Under the pieces are notes generated by a model. It saw nothing but the letters and a program-made list of their open reading frames with translations, had not been told where the DNA came from and ran no database searches. This document shows, one piece after another, positions 11,841 to 21,408 of a stretch of 60,309 bases of DNA. The translations under genes and the position numbers were made by a program. The DNA comes from Pseudolabrys sp. (GTDB lineage Bacteria > Pseudomonadota > Alphaproteobacteria > Rhizobiales > Xanthobacteraceae), in assembly GCA_035718885.1 (NCBI GenBank), contig DASTGR010000181.1, positions 1-60,309 on the forward strand. The letters run 5' to 3'. Each line of letters starts with the position of its first letter. Position 1 is the stretch's first letter.

Positions 11841-12008
11841 ATGTCTCCCGACACATGCGACGTCGCCCGCCGGCCTCGGCTGCAATGCAGCTGCAAGGGT
11901 CACGGCAAACATTGCCCGCATCACCATCATCGCGGCGCCAACACGCGGCCTGCTCTCAGTGAGGCAGGCCGCTTTTGTTTGTGCTCGCACAGGTCACATG
12001 GCCTGTAA
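11841..12008 (+). CDS. Candidate 55-aa His/Cys-rich leader peptide
   Basis: GGGGAGGA at 11827-11834, ATG 11841, TAA 12006-12008; MSPDTCDVARRPRLQCSCKGHGKHCPHHHHRGANTRPALSEAGRFCLCSHRSHGL (8 His, 6 Cys). Confidence 0.5.
   Translation: MSPDTCDVARRPRLQCSCKGHGKHCPHHHHRGANTRPALSEAGRFCLCSHRSHGL
11945..11982 (+). terminator. Intrinsic terminator in the 5' leader of the ABC operon (possible attenuator)
   Basis: GCGGCCTGC (11945-11953) pairs with GCAGGCCGC (11964-11972), followed by TTTTGTTTGT; 45 nt before the SBP start. Confidence 0.7.
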
Positions 12009-12027
12009 GGCCAACAGGGAGAACGTC

Positions 12028-13470
12028 ATGAGTAAGCTCGATATCTCGCGGCGCGGCTTCGTGCAGGGCGGTCTCGGCTTGACGGTCGCGAACTTCGTCC
12101 CCGGGGCGGCGCCGTTCGCGCAGGCCGCAACGATGGAAGAAGATACGATCGCCGCGGCGAAGACGGCCGGGCCGGCCGCGGTCAACGGCATGATCTGGTC
12201 GCCCTACTACGTTCCGATGCAGCCGGTCATCGAGGAGTTCAAGAAGCAGACTGGCATCGGTGTCGGCGCGGTGCAGGACATTTCGATCTTCGACGCGCCG
12301 CAGCGGGCAATGGCAGAGGCGCTGTCGCGCTCGCCGCAATTCGACTTCATCCACATCGACTCGAACATGATCCCGTCGCTGGCCTCGGCCGGCTATCTCG
12401 AGCCGCTCGACGAATACATCAAGAAGTCCGGGTTCCATTACGACGTCGTGGCCGGCTACGAGAACTTCATGAAGTACGACGGTCACACCTATGGCGTGCC
12501 GACCGACGGCAACGTGCATATCCAGTACACGCGCAAAGATCTCGTCGACAATCCGGACAACAAGAAGCGCTTCTCCGATAAGTTCGGAACCGAGCTCAAG
12601 GTCCCGGACACCTGGGAAGAGAATTTGCGCCTCCAGGAGTTCCTGATGGATCCGTCGAAGGATCTGTACGGCTCGGGCAACCTGCGCAACCGCGCCAACG
12701 GCGTCACCTGGTGGTACATGATCTTCTACAGCGCCGGCGGCTTCCCGTTCGACGACGACATGAAGCCGACGCTCAATACCCCGGCCGGCCAGTATGCGGT
12801 CGACATCTATCTTCAGGATAAGAAGGTCAACCACCCCGAGGCCGCCAACTGGGGCACGCCGCAAATGATCCCGCGCATCGCCCAAGGGCACGTGGTCAGC
12901 TGCCAGTACTGGGACGGCACCTGCAAGACGATCAAGAATCCGAAGCAGTCGAAGACGGTCGACCAGTTCTATTTCAGCCCGGTGCCCGGCTCGAAGTTCA
13001 GCGGCAAGATGTTGCGCCGCTCGATCTCTTCGCCACTCGCGGCGATCCTCGTCAACAAATACAGCCCGCGCAAGGCGCAGGCTGCCTACCTCGCGCTCTG
13101 GCTCGGCTCGGGCAAGAACAGCATTCCGATCGTGTCCGATCCGGTGAATGCCTTCAACGATGCATGGTCCAACGCGCATTTCGCTGCGGCGCCGGTGATC
13201 GACGCCTATACGAAGCCCGCCATCGACGCCATCAAGAAGAACTTCGAGGTGGTCTGCCCGCCGATCTATCTGACCGGCTACCTCGAATTCCAGGACGCTC
13301 TCGGCAAGAACCTGTCGGAGGCCTATGTCGGCCAGATTGCAGCCAAGGACGTGCTGAAGAACACCGAAGACGAGTGGAACAAGATCATCGGCCGCATTGG
13401 CCGCAGCAAATTGAAGAAGGATCTCGCAAGCTACAAGGCGGCGATGACGAAGCGCGACCTTCCCACGTGA
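12028..13470 (+). CDS. CUT1-family ABC transporter substrate-binding protein, Tat-exported
   Basis: MSKLDISRRGFVQ twin-arginine signal, GYLEPLDEY, YGVPTDG..YTRKDL, VPDTWEE; AGGGAG RBS. Confidence 0.9.
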   Translation: MSKLDISRRGFVQGGLGLTVANFVPGAAPFAQAATMEEDTIAAAKTAGPAAVNGMIWSPYYVPMQPVIEEFKKQTGIGVGAVQDISIFDAPQRAMAEALSRSPQFDFIHIDSNMIPSLASAGYLEPLDEYIKKSGFHYDVVAGYENFMKYDGHTYGVPTDGNVHIQYTRKDLVDNPDNKKRFSDKFGTELKVPDTWEENLRLQEFLMDPSKDLYGSGNLRNRANGVTWWYMIFYSAGGFPFDDDMKPTLNTPAGQYAVDIYLQDKKVNHPEAANWGTPQMIPRIAQGHVVSCQYWDGTCKTIKNPKQSKTVDQFYFSPVPGSKFSGKMLRRSISSPLAAILVNKYSPRKAQAAYLALWLGSGKNSIPIVSDPVNAFNDAWSNAHFAAAPVIDAYTKPAIDAIKKNFEVVCPPIYLTGYLEFQDALGKNLSEAYVGQIAAKDVLKNTEDEWNKIIGRIGRSKLKKDLASYKAAMTKRDLPT

Positions 13471-13507
13471 CACGTCGGAGCAACGCACCAAGCTCTGCGT
13501 CGAAAGC

Positions 13508-13532
13508 CCGGACGAGCCTCGTGCTCGTCCGG
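13508..13532 (+). other. Stem-loop after the SBP gene (likely mRNA-stabilising or partial terminator)
   Basis: CCGGACGAGC / GCTCGTCCGG 10-bp stem between SBP and permease genes. Confidence 0.5.
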
Positions 13533-13550
13533 CTCACTTGGAGATGAGGC

Positions 13551-14543
13551 ATGGCCGTGGCCGCCGCTCCGTCGACCGATCTACCGGCCGGGGTTTCGCC
13601 TCGCACAGTGTCGCGCGCCCGCGCGGTGAAGCGTTTCAAATTGTCGTTGCTGCTTCCTATGGGTGCGCTGTTCCTGTGTCTGCTGACTCCGGTTCTGCTC
13701 TTGCAGCTCTATTTCTCGGTGCACCAGTGGACGGTCTATCTCAGTTCGTGGTGGGACGCAGATTTCGTCGGCATCGACCTGTTCAGAGAAGTGCTGACAG
13801 ATCCGCGCTTCGGCTGGGCCGTGGTCCGCTCGCTCGCATTTGCGACCGGCTCAACCGTCGGCTGCTTCGTGTTCGGGTTCCTGCTTGCCTACCTGATGTA
13901 CAAGCCGTTCCGCGGGCAGTCGCTTTACTACATCATCTTCATCCTGCCGATGCTGACCGTGCCGGTGGTGGTCGCATATACGGCGGAAATGATGCTGTAC
14001 CGCAACGGTCCCATCAACGACGTCATATCCAAGCTCTTCGGTGTCAACTTCCAGGTCTCCTGGCTGACCAATCCGCACCTCGCTCTCGTTACGGCGGCGA
14101 TTCTGGAAATTTGGAACTGGACGCCATTTTCCTTCATCATCATGCTTGCCGGTCTCGCTTCCATCCCGAAGGAACCGATTGAGGCGGCCGCGATCCTCGG
14201 CGCATCCAGATGGCGCATCTTCTGGGAAGTCCAGGTCCCTTTGCTGCGGCCGGTGATCCTGCTGGCGCTTGTGCTGCGCTTTCTCGAGGCAATGGCCGAG
14301 TTCCCCAAGACCTGGGCGCTGTTCCAGGGGGGGCCCGGTTCGGCGACCGAGACTCTGCCGGTCTACATATTCATGACGACCTGGCAATACTTCGAGATCT
14401 CGAAGGGCGCCGCAATGTCGTACATCGTGATGATGATGATGATCATCATCGTGCTGATCGCCATCCGCCTGCTGCGCCGCGAGAAACACGCGCTCGACGC
14501 TGGTTACCGGGGCGGCGGCGAAGCCCAGGCGACGGAGGGCTGA
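13551..14543 (+). CDS. CUT1 ABC permease (MalF/UgpA-like)
   Basis: TM helices, WNWTPF, EAAAILGASRWRIF EAA loop. Confidence 0.92.
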   Translation: MAVAAAPSTDLPAGVSPRTVSRARAVKRFKLSLLLPMGALFLCLLTPVLLLQLYFSVHQWTVYLSSWWDADFVGIDLFREVLTDPRFGWAVVRSLAFATGSTVGCFVFGFLLAYLMYKPFRGQSLYYIIFILPMLTVPVVVAYTAEMMLYRNGPINDVISKLFGVNFQVSWLTNPHLALVTAAILEIWNWTPFSFIIMLAGLASIPKEPIEAAAILGASRWRIFWEVQVPLLRPVILLALVLRFLEAMAEFPKTWALFQGGPGSATETLPVYIFMTTWQYFEISKGAAMSYIVMMMMIIIVLIAIRLLRREKHALDAGYRGGGEAQATEG

Positions 14544-15425
14544 ATGGCGACGACCAAATCGCAACGCCGGCGGCTGACGACAGCGATCCGGTATACGCTG
14601 CTCACGATCTGGGCGTTGATCACGTTCTTCCCGATTTACTGGATGGTGGCGACCTCGTTCAAGCCCGACAGCCAGTGGTTCTCCTGGCCGCCCTACTATT
14701 TCCCCGATCCGCCGACGCTCGACAATTATTTGAACGTCTGGTGGGGCGCGCAGCAATATGCCGTCACGCAGTACGCGATCTCGTCTCAGAAGCCGCTGGT
14801 GTCGCTGTGGAATACAACGGTTATCGCGACCACATCGACCTTCCTCTCGGTTCTGTTCGGCTCGATCCTCGCCTATGGCGTCTCTCGCTATCGGATCCTG
14901 TCCGAAGCGCGCATGTTTCAGCTTCTGATGCTGCGCATGATCCCGCCGATCGTGGTGGTGGCGCCGCTGTCGCTTTATTACTCGGCGATCGGCCTGCTCG
15001 ATTCCCGCACCGGCCTGATCATCGTCTATTTTCTCACCACGCTGCCCTACGCAGTGTGGATGACCAAGAGCTTCATCGACGAGGTGCCGCTCGAGGTCGA
15101 ACAGGCCGCCGAGATCCTCGGCGCGTCGCGCTGGCGCACGATCTTCGAGGTTGTGCTGCCGCTGATACGGTCAGGCCTGGTGGCGACCTTTCTTTTCATT
15201 CTGATCCTGACGTGGAGCGAGTACCTGCTCGCGTTGATCATCACCAAGACGCAGGTGTCCACGCTTCCGATTGAACTGTCCAAATACCAGGGGTCGACCG
15301 AAGGCCGCGTCTATGGGCGCCAGGCGGCGCTCGCAGTCGGCATCACCATCCCCTTGATGATCGTCGGCCTGATCATCCGCAAGCATCTCGCACGTGGCTT
15401 CAGTTTCGGAATGGTACGGAGATAG
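14544..15425 (+). CDS. CUT1 ABC permease (MalG/UgpE-like)
   Basis: FPIYWMVATSFK, EQAAEILGAS EAA loop. Confidence 0.92.
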   Translation: MATTKSQRRRLTTAIRYTLLTIWALITFFPIYWMVATSFKPDSQWFSWPPYYFPDPPTLDNYLNVWWGAQQYAVTQYAISSQKPLVSLWNTTVIATTSTFLSVLFGSILAYGVSRYRILSEARMFQLLMLRMIPPIVVVAPLSLYYSAIGLLDSRTGLIIVYFLTTLPYAVWMTKSFIDEVPLEVEQAAEILGASRWRTIFEVVLPLIRSGLVATFLFILILTWSEYLLALIITKTQVSTLPIELSKYQGSTEGRVYGRQAALAVGITIPLMIVGLIIRKHLARGFSFGMVRR

Positions 15426-15428
15426 ACG

Positions 15429-16523
15429 GTGGCGCGTATCGAACTTGTCAATCTGCACAAATCGTTCGGCGCCGTCGCGGCCGTGAAGAATCTCAGTATG
15501 AGCATTGAAGACGGCGAATTCGTCGTTTTCGTCGGCCCATCGGGCTGCGGCAAAACCACGACCCTGCGCATGATCGCCGGCTTCGAGGACCCGACCTCGG
15601 GCGAAATCCGCATCGGCGGGCAGGTGGTCAACGACCTCGAGCCGCGCGACCGCGGCCTTGGCATGGTGTTCCAGAGCCACGCCCTGTTTCCGCACAAGAA
15701 TGTCGCGCAGAACATCGAGTTCGGTCTGCGCATGAAGAAGGTGCCCCAGCCCGAGCGCATCAAGCGCGTTCAGGAGGTGGCGGAGATGGTGCGCATCACT
15801 CACCTCCTCGGCAAGATGCCCGGCCAGTGCTCGGGCGGCGAGTCGCAGCGCATCGCGCTGGCGCGCACGCTCGTCACCAATCCCTCGACCTTCCTGCTCG
15901 ACGAACCGCTGTCGAGTCTCGACGCCAAACTGAGGCGCGAACTGCGCGCGGAATGCGACCGCTTGCATCAGGCCCTCAATCGCACCTTCATCTACGTCAC
16001 GCACGATCAGGAAGAGGCAATGACGCTCGCCGACCGCATCGTGGTGATGCGCAGAGGCGAGGTCGAGCAGGTCGGCTCGCCGATGGACATCTACTCCAAC
16101 CCGGTGAGCTATTTCGTCGCCGACTTTTTCGGCTCTCCGTCGATGAATCTCGTCTCCGGTGAAATCGTGCAAGACGGCGCCGGCGCATCCTTCCGGTCGG
16201 CAAATTTCAACGTCACCCTGCCCGACCGCTTCAAGGCGGCGAAGCCCGGCGCGACCACGCTCGGAATTCGACCGGAGCACGTCGGGGTTGGCCGCAATGG
16301 TGGTGCGCCGCAGGCTGCGTCCCTGCCCGTGCGTCTGGTCGAGCCGCTCGGCCGTGACACGCTTCTCTATTTCGAGGCAGGCAGCGAACGCGCCTTCGTC
16401 GCCATAAGCGAGGGTCTGGCAATGGCCGACGTCAAGGTCGGTGCGCCGCTCTCGCTCAGCTTCGATCCGGAACGCCTGCACCTGTTCGGCGCCGATGGGC
16501 GCCGCCTCGGGCCGCAAGGCTGA
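15429..16523 (+). CDS. ABC ATP-binding protein (MalK/UgpC-like)
   Basis: GPSGCGKTT, signature variant CSGGESQR, LLDEPLSSLD, YVTHDQEEAM, C-terminal TOBE-like domain. Confidence 0.93.
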   Translation: MARIELVNLHKSFGAVAAVKNLSMSIEDGEFVVFVGPSGCGKTTTLRMIAGFEDPTSGEIRIGGQVVNDLEPRDRGLGMVFQSHALFPHKNVAQNIEFGLRMKKVPQPERIKRVQEVAEMVRITHLLGKMPGQCSGGESQRIALARTLVTNPSTFLLDEPLSSLDAKLRRELRAECDRLHQALNRTFIYVTHDQEEAMTLADRIVVMRRGEVEQVGSPMDIYSNPVSYFVADFFGSPSMNLVSGEIVQDGAGASFRSANFNVTLPDRFKAAKPGATTLGIRPEHVGVGRNGGAPQAASLPVRLVEPLGRDTLLYFEAGSERAFVAISEGLAMADVKVGAPLSLSFDPERLHLFGADGRRLGPQG

Positions 16524-16569
16524 TCACCATCATCCCGCAATGACAGTTGGTACAAGTTAGGGGCGTGCG

Positions 16570-18324
16570 ATGGATTATCGCGAGAAAAGTGAAATCCGTG
16601 ACGGTATGCGGATCGACTGGGACATGCCGATCGCGATGGAGGACGGCATCGTCCTGCGCTGCGACGTCTATCGGCCGGTGGCCGAAGGCAAATACCCGGT
16701 CATCATGACGTACGGTCCCTACGGCAAATGGTTGCACTTCGAGGATCTGTACACTGACCAGTGGCGCCGCATGTGCGCCGACCAGCCGGACGTGCCGACC
16801 GACTCGACCAACAAATACCAATGCTGGGAGGTGGTCGATCCGGAGAAATGGGTGCCGGACGGCTATGTCTGCATTCGCGTCGACTCGCGCGGCGCCGGCC
16901 GCTCGCCTGGTGTCATCGATATCTGGTCACTGCGCGAAGCGCAGGACCTTGCGCAATGCGTCGACTGGGCCGGCGTCCAGCCGTGGTCGAACGGTAAAGT
17001 CGGCCTCAACGGCATCTCCTATTACGCCGAGAACCAATGGCAGACGGCGGCCCTGCAACCCAAGCACCTCGCAGCGATCTGCACCTGGGAAGGCGCTGCC
17101 GACTTCTACCGCGACATGGCGCATCATGGCGGCATCTTCTGCCGCGGCTTCGTGCAGGACTGGTCGCGCGCGCAGGTCTACACGGTCCAGAATGGCCGCG
17201 GCCGGCGCGGCTTCAAGAGCCGCATGAACGGCGACTGGGTGTCGGGGCCCGAGACCCTCACGGACGAAGAGCTCGGAAAGAACCGCCGCGACTTCTACGA
17301 GGACTGCATCTCGCGCAAGCTCGACACCGACGAGTATTGGCAGTCGCGCATGCCGGACTGGAGCAAGGTCAAGGTGCCGCTCCTGTCGTCAGCGAACTGG
17401 GGCGGCCAGGGACTGCACCCGCGCGGCAATTTCGAAGGCTTCGTGCGGTCCGCCTCCGACAACAAGTGGCTCGAAGTGCACGGCATCGAGCACTGGACCC
17501 ATTTCTACACGAATTACGGTCTCGACCTGCAAAAGCGCTTTTTCGGCCACTTCCTCAAGGGCGAGAACACCGGCTGGAGCAAGCAGCCGAAGGTGCAGTT
17601 GCAGGTGCGCCATCCGGGCGAGAAGTTCGTCGAGCGGCACGAGAGCGAATGGCCCCTCGCGCGCACGCAATGGACCAAGTTCTATCTCGAGCCGGGCGGC
17701 ACGACGATGTCGCGCTCGCCGCAGACGAAGGCCGGCTCGGTCACCTATGCGGGCTTAAGCGACGGCGTCACCTTCCTCACCGCGCCCCTCGAGCAGGACA
17801 CCGAGATCACCGGTCCGATCGCGGCCAAGCTGTGGGTATCATCCGCGACGGAAGACGCCGACCTGTTCCTGGTGGTCCGCGTCTTCACGCCCGGCCTGAA
17901 GGAAATTACCTTCCAGGGCGCGCTCGACATGCACACCCCGATCGCGCAGGGCTGGCTGCGCTGCTCGCATCGCAAGCTCGACAAGAAACTGACGCTGCCC
18001 TATCGGCCCTATCACACGCACGACGAGGAGCAGAAGCTCAAACCGGGTGAGATTTACGAGGTGGACGTCGAGGTCTGGCCAACCTGCATCGCCGTGCCGA
18101 AGGGGCATCGGATCGCCCTGTCGGTGCGCGGCAAGGACTACGTCTTCCCGGGCGAACCGGGCGCTGGCCTTGAAACCCTCGGCAAGGTGTGGACCGGCTG
18201 CGGCCCCTTCCTGCACGACGACCCGCGCGATCGCCCGCCCGCGGTCTTCGGCGGCGACGTGACGCTGCACACCGGTCCGCAGCGGCAGGCCTACCTGCTG
18301 CTGCCCGTCATCCCGAACAAATAG
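16570..18324 (+). CDS. CocE/NonD family hydrolase (paralog 1)
   Basis: MEDGIVLRCDVYRP, YGPYGK, DSRGAGRSPG, WSNGKVGLNGISYY nucleophile elbow, C-terminal jelly-roll; no signal peptide. Confidence 0.93.
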   Translation: MDYREKSEIRDGMRIDWDMPIAMEDGIVLRCDVYRPVAEGKYPVIMTYGPYGKWLHFEDLYTDQWRRMCADQPDVPTDSTNKYQCWEVVDPEKWVPDGYVCIRVDSRGAGRSPGVIDIWSLREAQDLAQCVDWAGVQPWSNGKVGLNGISYYAENQWQTAALQPKHLAAICTWEGAADFYRDMAHHGGIFCRGFVQDWSRAQVYTVQNGRGRRGFKSRMNGDWVSGPETLTDEELGKNRRDFYEDCISRKLDTDEYWQSRMPDWSKVKVPLLSSANWGGQGLHPRGNFEGFVRSASDNKWLEVHGIEHWTHFYTNYGLDLQKRFFGHFLKGENTGWSKQPKVQLQVRHPGEKFVERHESEWPLARTQWTKFYLEPGGTTMSRSPQTKAGSVTYAGLSDGVTFLTAPLEQDTEITGPIAAKLWVSSATEDADLFLVVRVFTPGLKEITFQGALDMHTPIAQGWLRCSHRKLDKKLTLPYRPYHTHDEEQKLKPGEIYEVDVEVWPTCIAVPKGHRIALSVRGKDYVFPGEPGAGLETLGKVWTGCGPFLHDDPRDRPPAVFGGDVTLHTGPQRQAYLLLPVIPNK

Positions 18325-18354
18325 CCGCGCGCAAAAGTCATTGGAGCACGACAC

Positions 18355-20163
18355 ATGAGTTATCGTGAGGTCAGCGAGATCCGCGACGGCATGCGCATCG
18401 AATGGGACATGCCGATCGAGATGGACGACGGGCTCGTCCTGCGCTGCGACATCTTCCGCCCGGTCAAGAAAGGCCGCTACCCGGTTCTTCTCAGCCACGG
18501 CCCATACGGCAAGTGGCTGCATTTCGAGGACGGCTACAAGACCGCCTGGAAGCGCATGGAGGAGAAGCAGCCGGACGTCATGGCCGGCTCGAGCAATAAG
18601 TATCAGAGCTGGGAGGTTTGCGACCCGGAGAAATGGGTGCCGGACGGCTATGTCGTCGTGCGCGTCGACTCCCGCGGCTGTGGCCGCTCGCCCGGCTATC
18701 TCGAGCACTGGTCTCCGCGCGAGACCAAGGATTTCGCCAACTGCGTCGAATGGTGCGGCGTGCAGCCATGGTCGAACGGCAAGGTCGGCCTCTCCGGCAT
18801 TTCCTATTACGCCATCAACCAGTGGCAGGTGGCGAGCCTGCAGCCGAAGCATCTCGCCGCCATTTGCGTCTGGGAAGGCTTCGCCGACTTCTATCGCGAG
18901 CTCAGCCACAATGGCGGCATCTACAACACCTTCGCCCAGAACTGGTACGATATGCAGGTGAAGACCGTGCAGTACGGTCTCGGCAGCAGGGGCCTCCGCA
19001 GCCGCATGAACGGCGACTGGGTGTCCGGCCCGGAGACGCTCACCGAAGAGGAAATGGGCGGCAACCGCTACGACATGGGCAAGGTGCTGTTCAGCCATCC
19101 CCTCGACGACGAATACTACAAGGCGATGGCGCCGGACTGGTCGAAGGTGAAGGTGCCTATGCTGTCCGCGGCAAATTGGGGCGGCCAGCCTTTGCATCCG
19201 CGCGGCAATTACGAGGGCTATTTCCGCGCCGCCTCGAAGCAGAAATGGCTCGAAGTGCACGGCATCGAACACTGGACTCATTATTATACGGACTACGGCG
19301 TCGGCCTGCAGAAGCGCTTCTTCGGCTATTTCCTCAAGGGCGAGAGGAACGGCTGGGACAAGCAACCGAAGGTCCAGCTCAACGTCCGCCACCCCGGCGA
19401 ACGCTTCGTCATCCGCCACGAAGACGCCTGGCCGCTGCCGTCGACCCAGTGGACCAAGTTCCATCTGGTCGCCGACAGCCACCGCCTCGAAGCCTCACCT
19501 GACAAAAATGCGAGCAAGGTCACCTTCGACGCACTGAGCGACGGCGTCACCTTCCTCACCGAGCCGATGGCCGAGGCGACCGAGATCACCGGCCCGGTCG
19601 CGGCTAAACTGAACGTGTCGTCCTCGACCGAGGACGCCGACATCTTCCTCGTGCTGCGCGTCTTCTCGCCGGACATGAAGGAGGTCGTTTTCCAGGGCGC
19701 GCTCGATCCGCATACGCCGATCGGACAGGGTTGGCTGCGCGCCTCGCACCGCAAGCTCGACAAGAAGCTGACGCTGCCGTTCCGGCCTTACCATACGCAT
19801 GACGAGAAGCAGCCGCTCAAGCCGGGTGATGTCTATGAACTCGACATCGAGATCATCCCGACCTGTATCGTCGTGCCGAAGGGCTACCGCGTGGCCTTGA
19901 GCGTGCGCGGCTGCGATTATGTCTATCCCGGCGGCTCCGGCGGCAAGCTGTCGAACATGAAGAACGAGTTCACCGGCAACGGGCCGTTCCTGCACAACGA
20001 TCCGCGCGATCGGCCGATCTCGATCTACGGCGGCAAGACCACGCTCCATCTTGGCGGCGGGCGCGAGAACTTCGTGCTGCTGCCGATCATTCCGGCGCGC
20101 AAGGCGCCGCCGGCAAAAGGGGCCAAGCCTGCGCGCCGCGCGGCGAAGAAGAAACGGAAATAG
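18355..20163 (+). CDS. CocE/NonD family hydrolase (paralog 2) with basic C-terminal tail
   Basis: Same motifs (GLSGISYY); collinear with paralog 1; ends ARKAPPAKGAKPARRAAKKKRK. Confidence 0.93.
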   Translation: MSYREVSEIRDGMRIEWDMPIEMDDGLVLRCDIFRPVKKGRYPVLLSHGPYGKWLHFEDGYKTAWKRMEEKQPDVMAGSSNKYQSWEVCDPEKWVPDGYVVVRVDSRGCGRSPGYLEHWSPRETKDFANCVEWCGVQPWSNGKVGLSGISYYAINQWQVASLQPKHLAAICVWEGFADFYRELSHNGGIYNTFAQNWYDMQVKTVQYGLGSRGLRSRMNGDWVSGPETLTEEEMGGNRYDMGKVLFSHPLDDEYYKAMAPDWSKVKVPMLSAANWGGQPLHPRGNYEGYFRAASKQKWLEVHGIEHWTHYYTDYGVGLQKRFFGYFLKGERNGWDKQPKVQLNVRHPGERFVIRHEDAWPLPSTQWTKFHLVADSHRLEASPDKNASKVTFDALSDGVTFLTEPMAEATEITGPVAAKLNVSSSTEDADIFLVLRVFSPDMKEVVFQGALDPHTPIGQGWLRASHRKLDKKLTLPFRPYHTHDEKQPLKPGDVYELDIEIIPTCIVVPKGYRVALSVRGCDYVYPGGSGGKLSNMKNEFTGNGPFLHNDPRDRPISIYGGKTTLHLGGGRENFVLLPIIPARKAPPAKGAKPARRAAKKKRK

Positions 20164-20429
20164 CCGGTCTTGCCGGCACAGGCTCAACGGAGACCCCGCG
20201 GGTACTGCGTGTCGTCGGCATGGCCTGCCCCCACGCCGCGCGAGAATTTGCCGGTGTGTGGCGCGTACTCCGACCGAGCCCGGCCCTCCATCAACGGCGC
20301 GACGGAGAGGCGCCGGAGCCGTCGATTTTAGGCAGTCGTTTCAAGCGCTTAAGGGGCTCAAACGCGGGGTCTTGAGGCGAGCGCAAACCGGCGGCGAAGC
20401 GAACCGGGTGGCTTTGGATCGAGTGACCA

Positions 20430-21323
20430 CTAGCTGACGGAGACGAGACCGCGAGCCCGGACGCTTATCGGACAGTCATCCGGACATGGCGGCGGAGGTC
20501 GGCCACGTGTACCGCTGGCGGCATCTTCCGCGTCGACGCGGCGGATATGGCTCGCGATCGTCTCGGCGATGGGCAAAGGATGAGTGAGCGGTCCCATATG
20601 GCCGCAGCCACTTGCCACGCTCACCTCGGCGAGCTGGATCGCTCTGGCAAGCGCCTCGATGATGAGCCGCGTAGGAAAAGGTGCGTTCTCACCACGAATG
20701 AGCACGGTCCGGCACTTCAGCGCCGCATATGCGGATAGCGGAGCCGAGGCTTGCATCAAGGCCCGAAAATCGAGCGGGATCTTAGGCGCCCATCGCACAA
20801 GCTTCGCTTGTACGCGCGGCGACATTGTCTTCCACGCTCCTGGCCCATTCCAGTAATTGATGAAGTGCGCGACGCTTTTGCGATAATCGCCGGCCAACCC
20901 CCACTCACTCGCCTCGCTGGCAATGGCGGCGATTTCTGCGTGTGCGCCTGCGCCGTCCGCACCCATCTGCCTCAGCAGATGGAACGCGGTCGGCTCGTAA
21001 AGCGACAGGCTGGCAATTCTATTCGGCCGCTGGAGGGCAGCGTACAAAGCCACGCCGCCACCGTAAGAATGCCCAACGAGATGCATCGGATGATCGGACG
21101 CATCGATCAGCTCTATCGTGCGCTGCGCTTCGTCTTCAATTCCAAATGCGTGCTCTCCAGCCCAATGTCCAACCCGTTCGCAACCGAAATGCTCAGGCGT
21201 GTGCACACGGTAATCGATGCCAAGCGACTCCCCCAAGGGAAGCCACTGATCCCCGTCCGCTCCCGAACAGTGCAGAGCGACTACGGGCCGTGGCGTTCCC
21301 ATGCGCGAGCCGCCGGCGGTCAT
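20430..21323 (-). CDS. Alpha/beta fold hydrolase
   Basis: ALHCSG, LVGHSYGG, LYEPT, GHMGPLTH; start 21323 or 21302. Confidence 0.85.
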   Translation of the reverse strand: MTAGGSRMGTPRPVVALHCSGADGDQWLPLGESLGIDYRVHTPEHFGCERVGHWAGEHAFGIEDEAQRTIELIDASDHPMHLVGHSYGGGVALYAALQRPNRIASLSLYEPTAFHLLRQMGADGAGAHAEIAAIASEASEWGLAGDYRKSVAHFINYWNGPGAWKTMSPRVQAKLVRWAPKIPLDFRALMQASAPLSAYAALKCRTVLIRGENAPFPTRLIIEALARAIQLAEVSVASGCGHMGPLTHPLPIAETIASHIRRVDAEDAASGTRGRPPPPCPDDCPISVRARGLVSVS

Positions 21324-21408
21324 GACGATAAACCCTTTGAGGCGACAGCCACTTTGACACGGCCGCCAATGGTCGACCGCACGCGCAGCAGCGTCGCTGG
21401 CCGGATTG

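Noticed and set aside
11791-11920. GACGCAAAAG and GGTCACGGCAAAC, resembling parts of a c-di-GMP-I riboswitch; GCAATGCAGC resembling an ANTAR hairpin
   Set aside because: The riboswitch elements are in the wrong order and lack the intervening GNRA stem. The ANTAR-like stem is incomplete and has no proper twin.
14428-14450. ATG/ATC trinucleotide run encoding MMMMIII
   Set aside because: Part of a permease TM helix; in-frame and too short to suggest phase variation.
15826-15850. ABC signature CSGGESQR instead of LSGGQ
   Set aside because: The SGG core, Walker A/B and H-loop are intact, so it is likely a tolerated variant.
17221-19040. Shared nucleotide blocks between CocE paralogs 1 and 2
   Set aside because: Explained by paralogy; no spacer-repeat structure, so not CRISPR or a DGR template.
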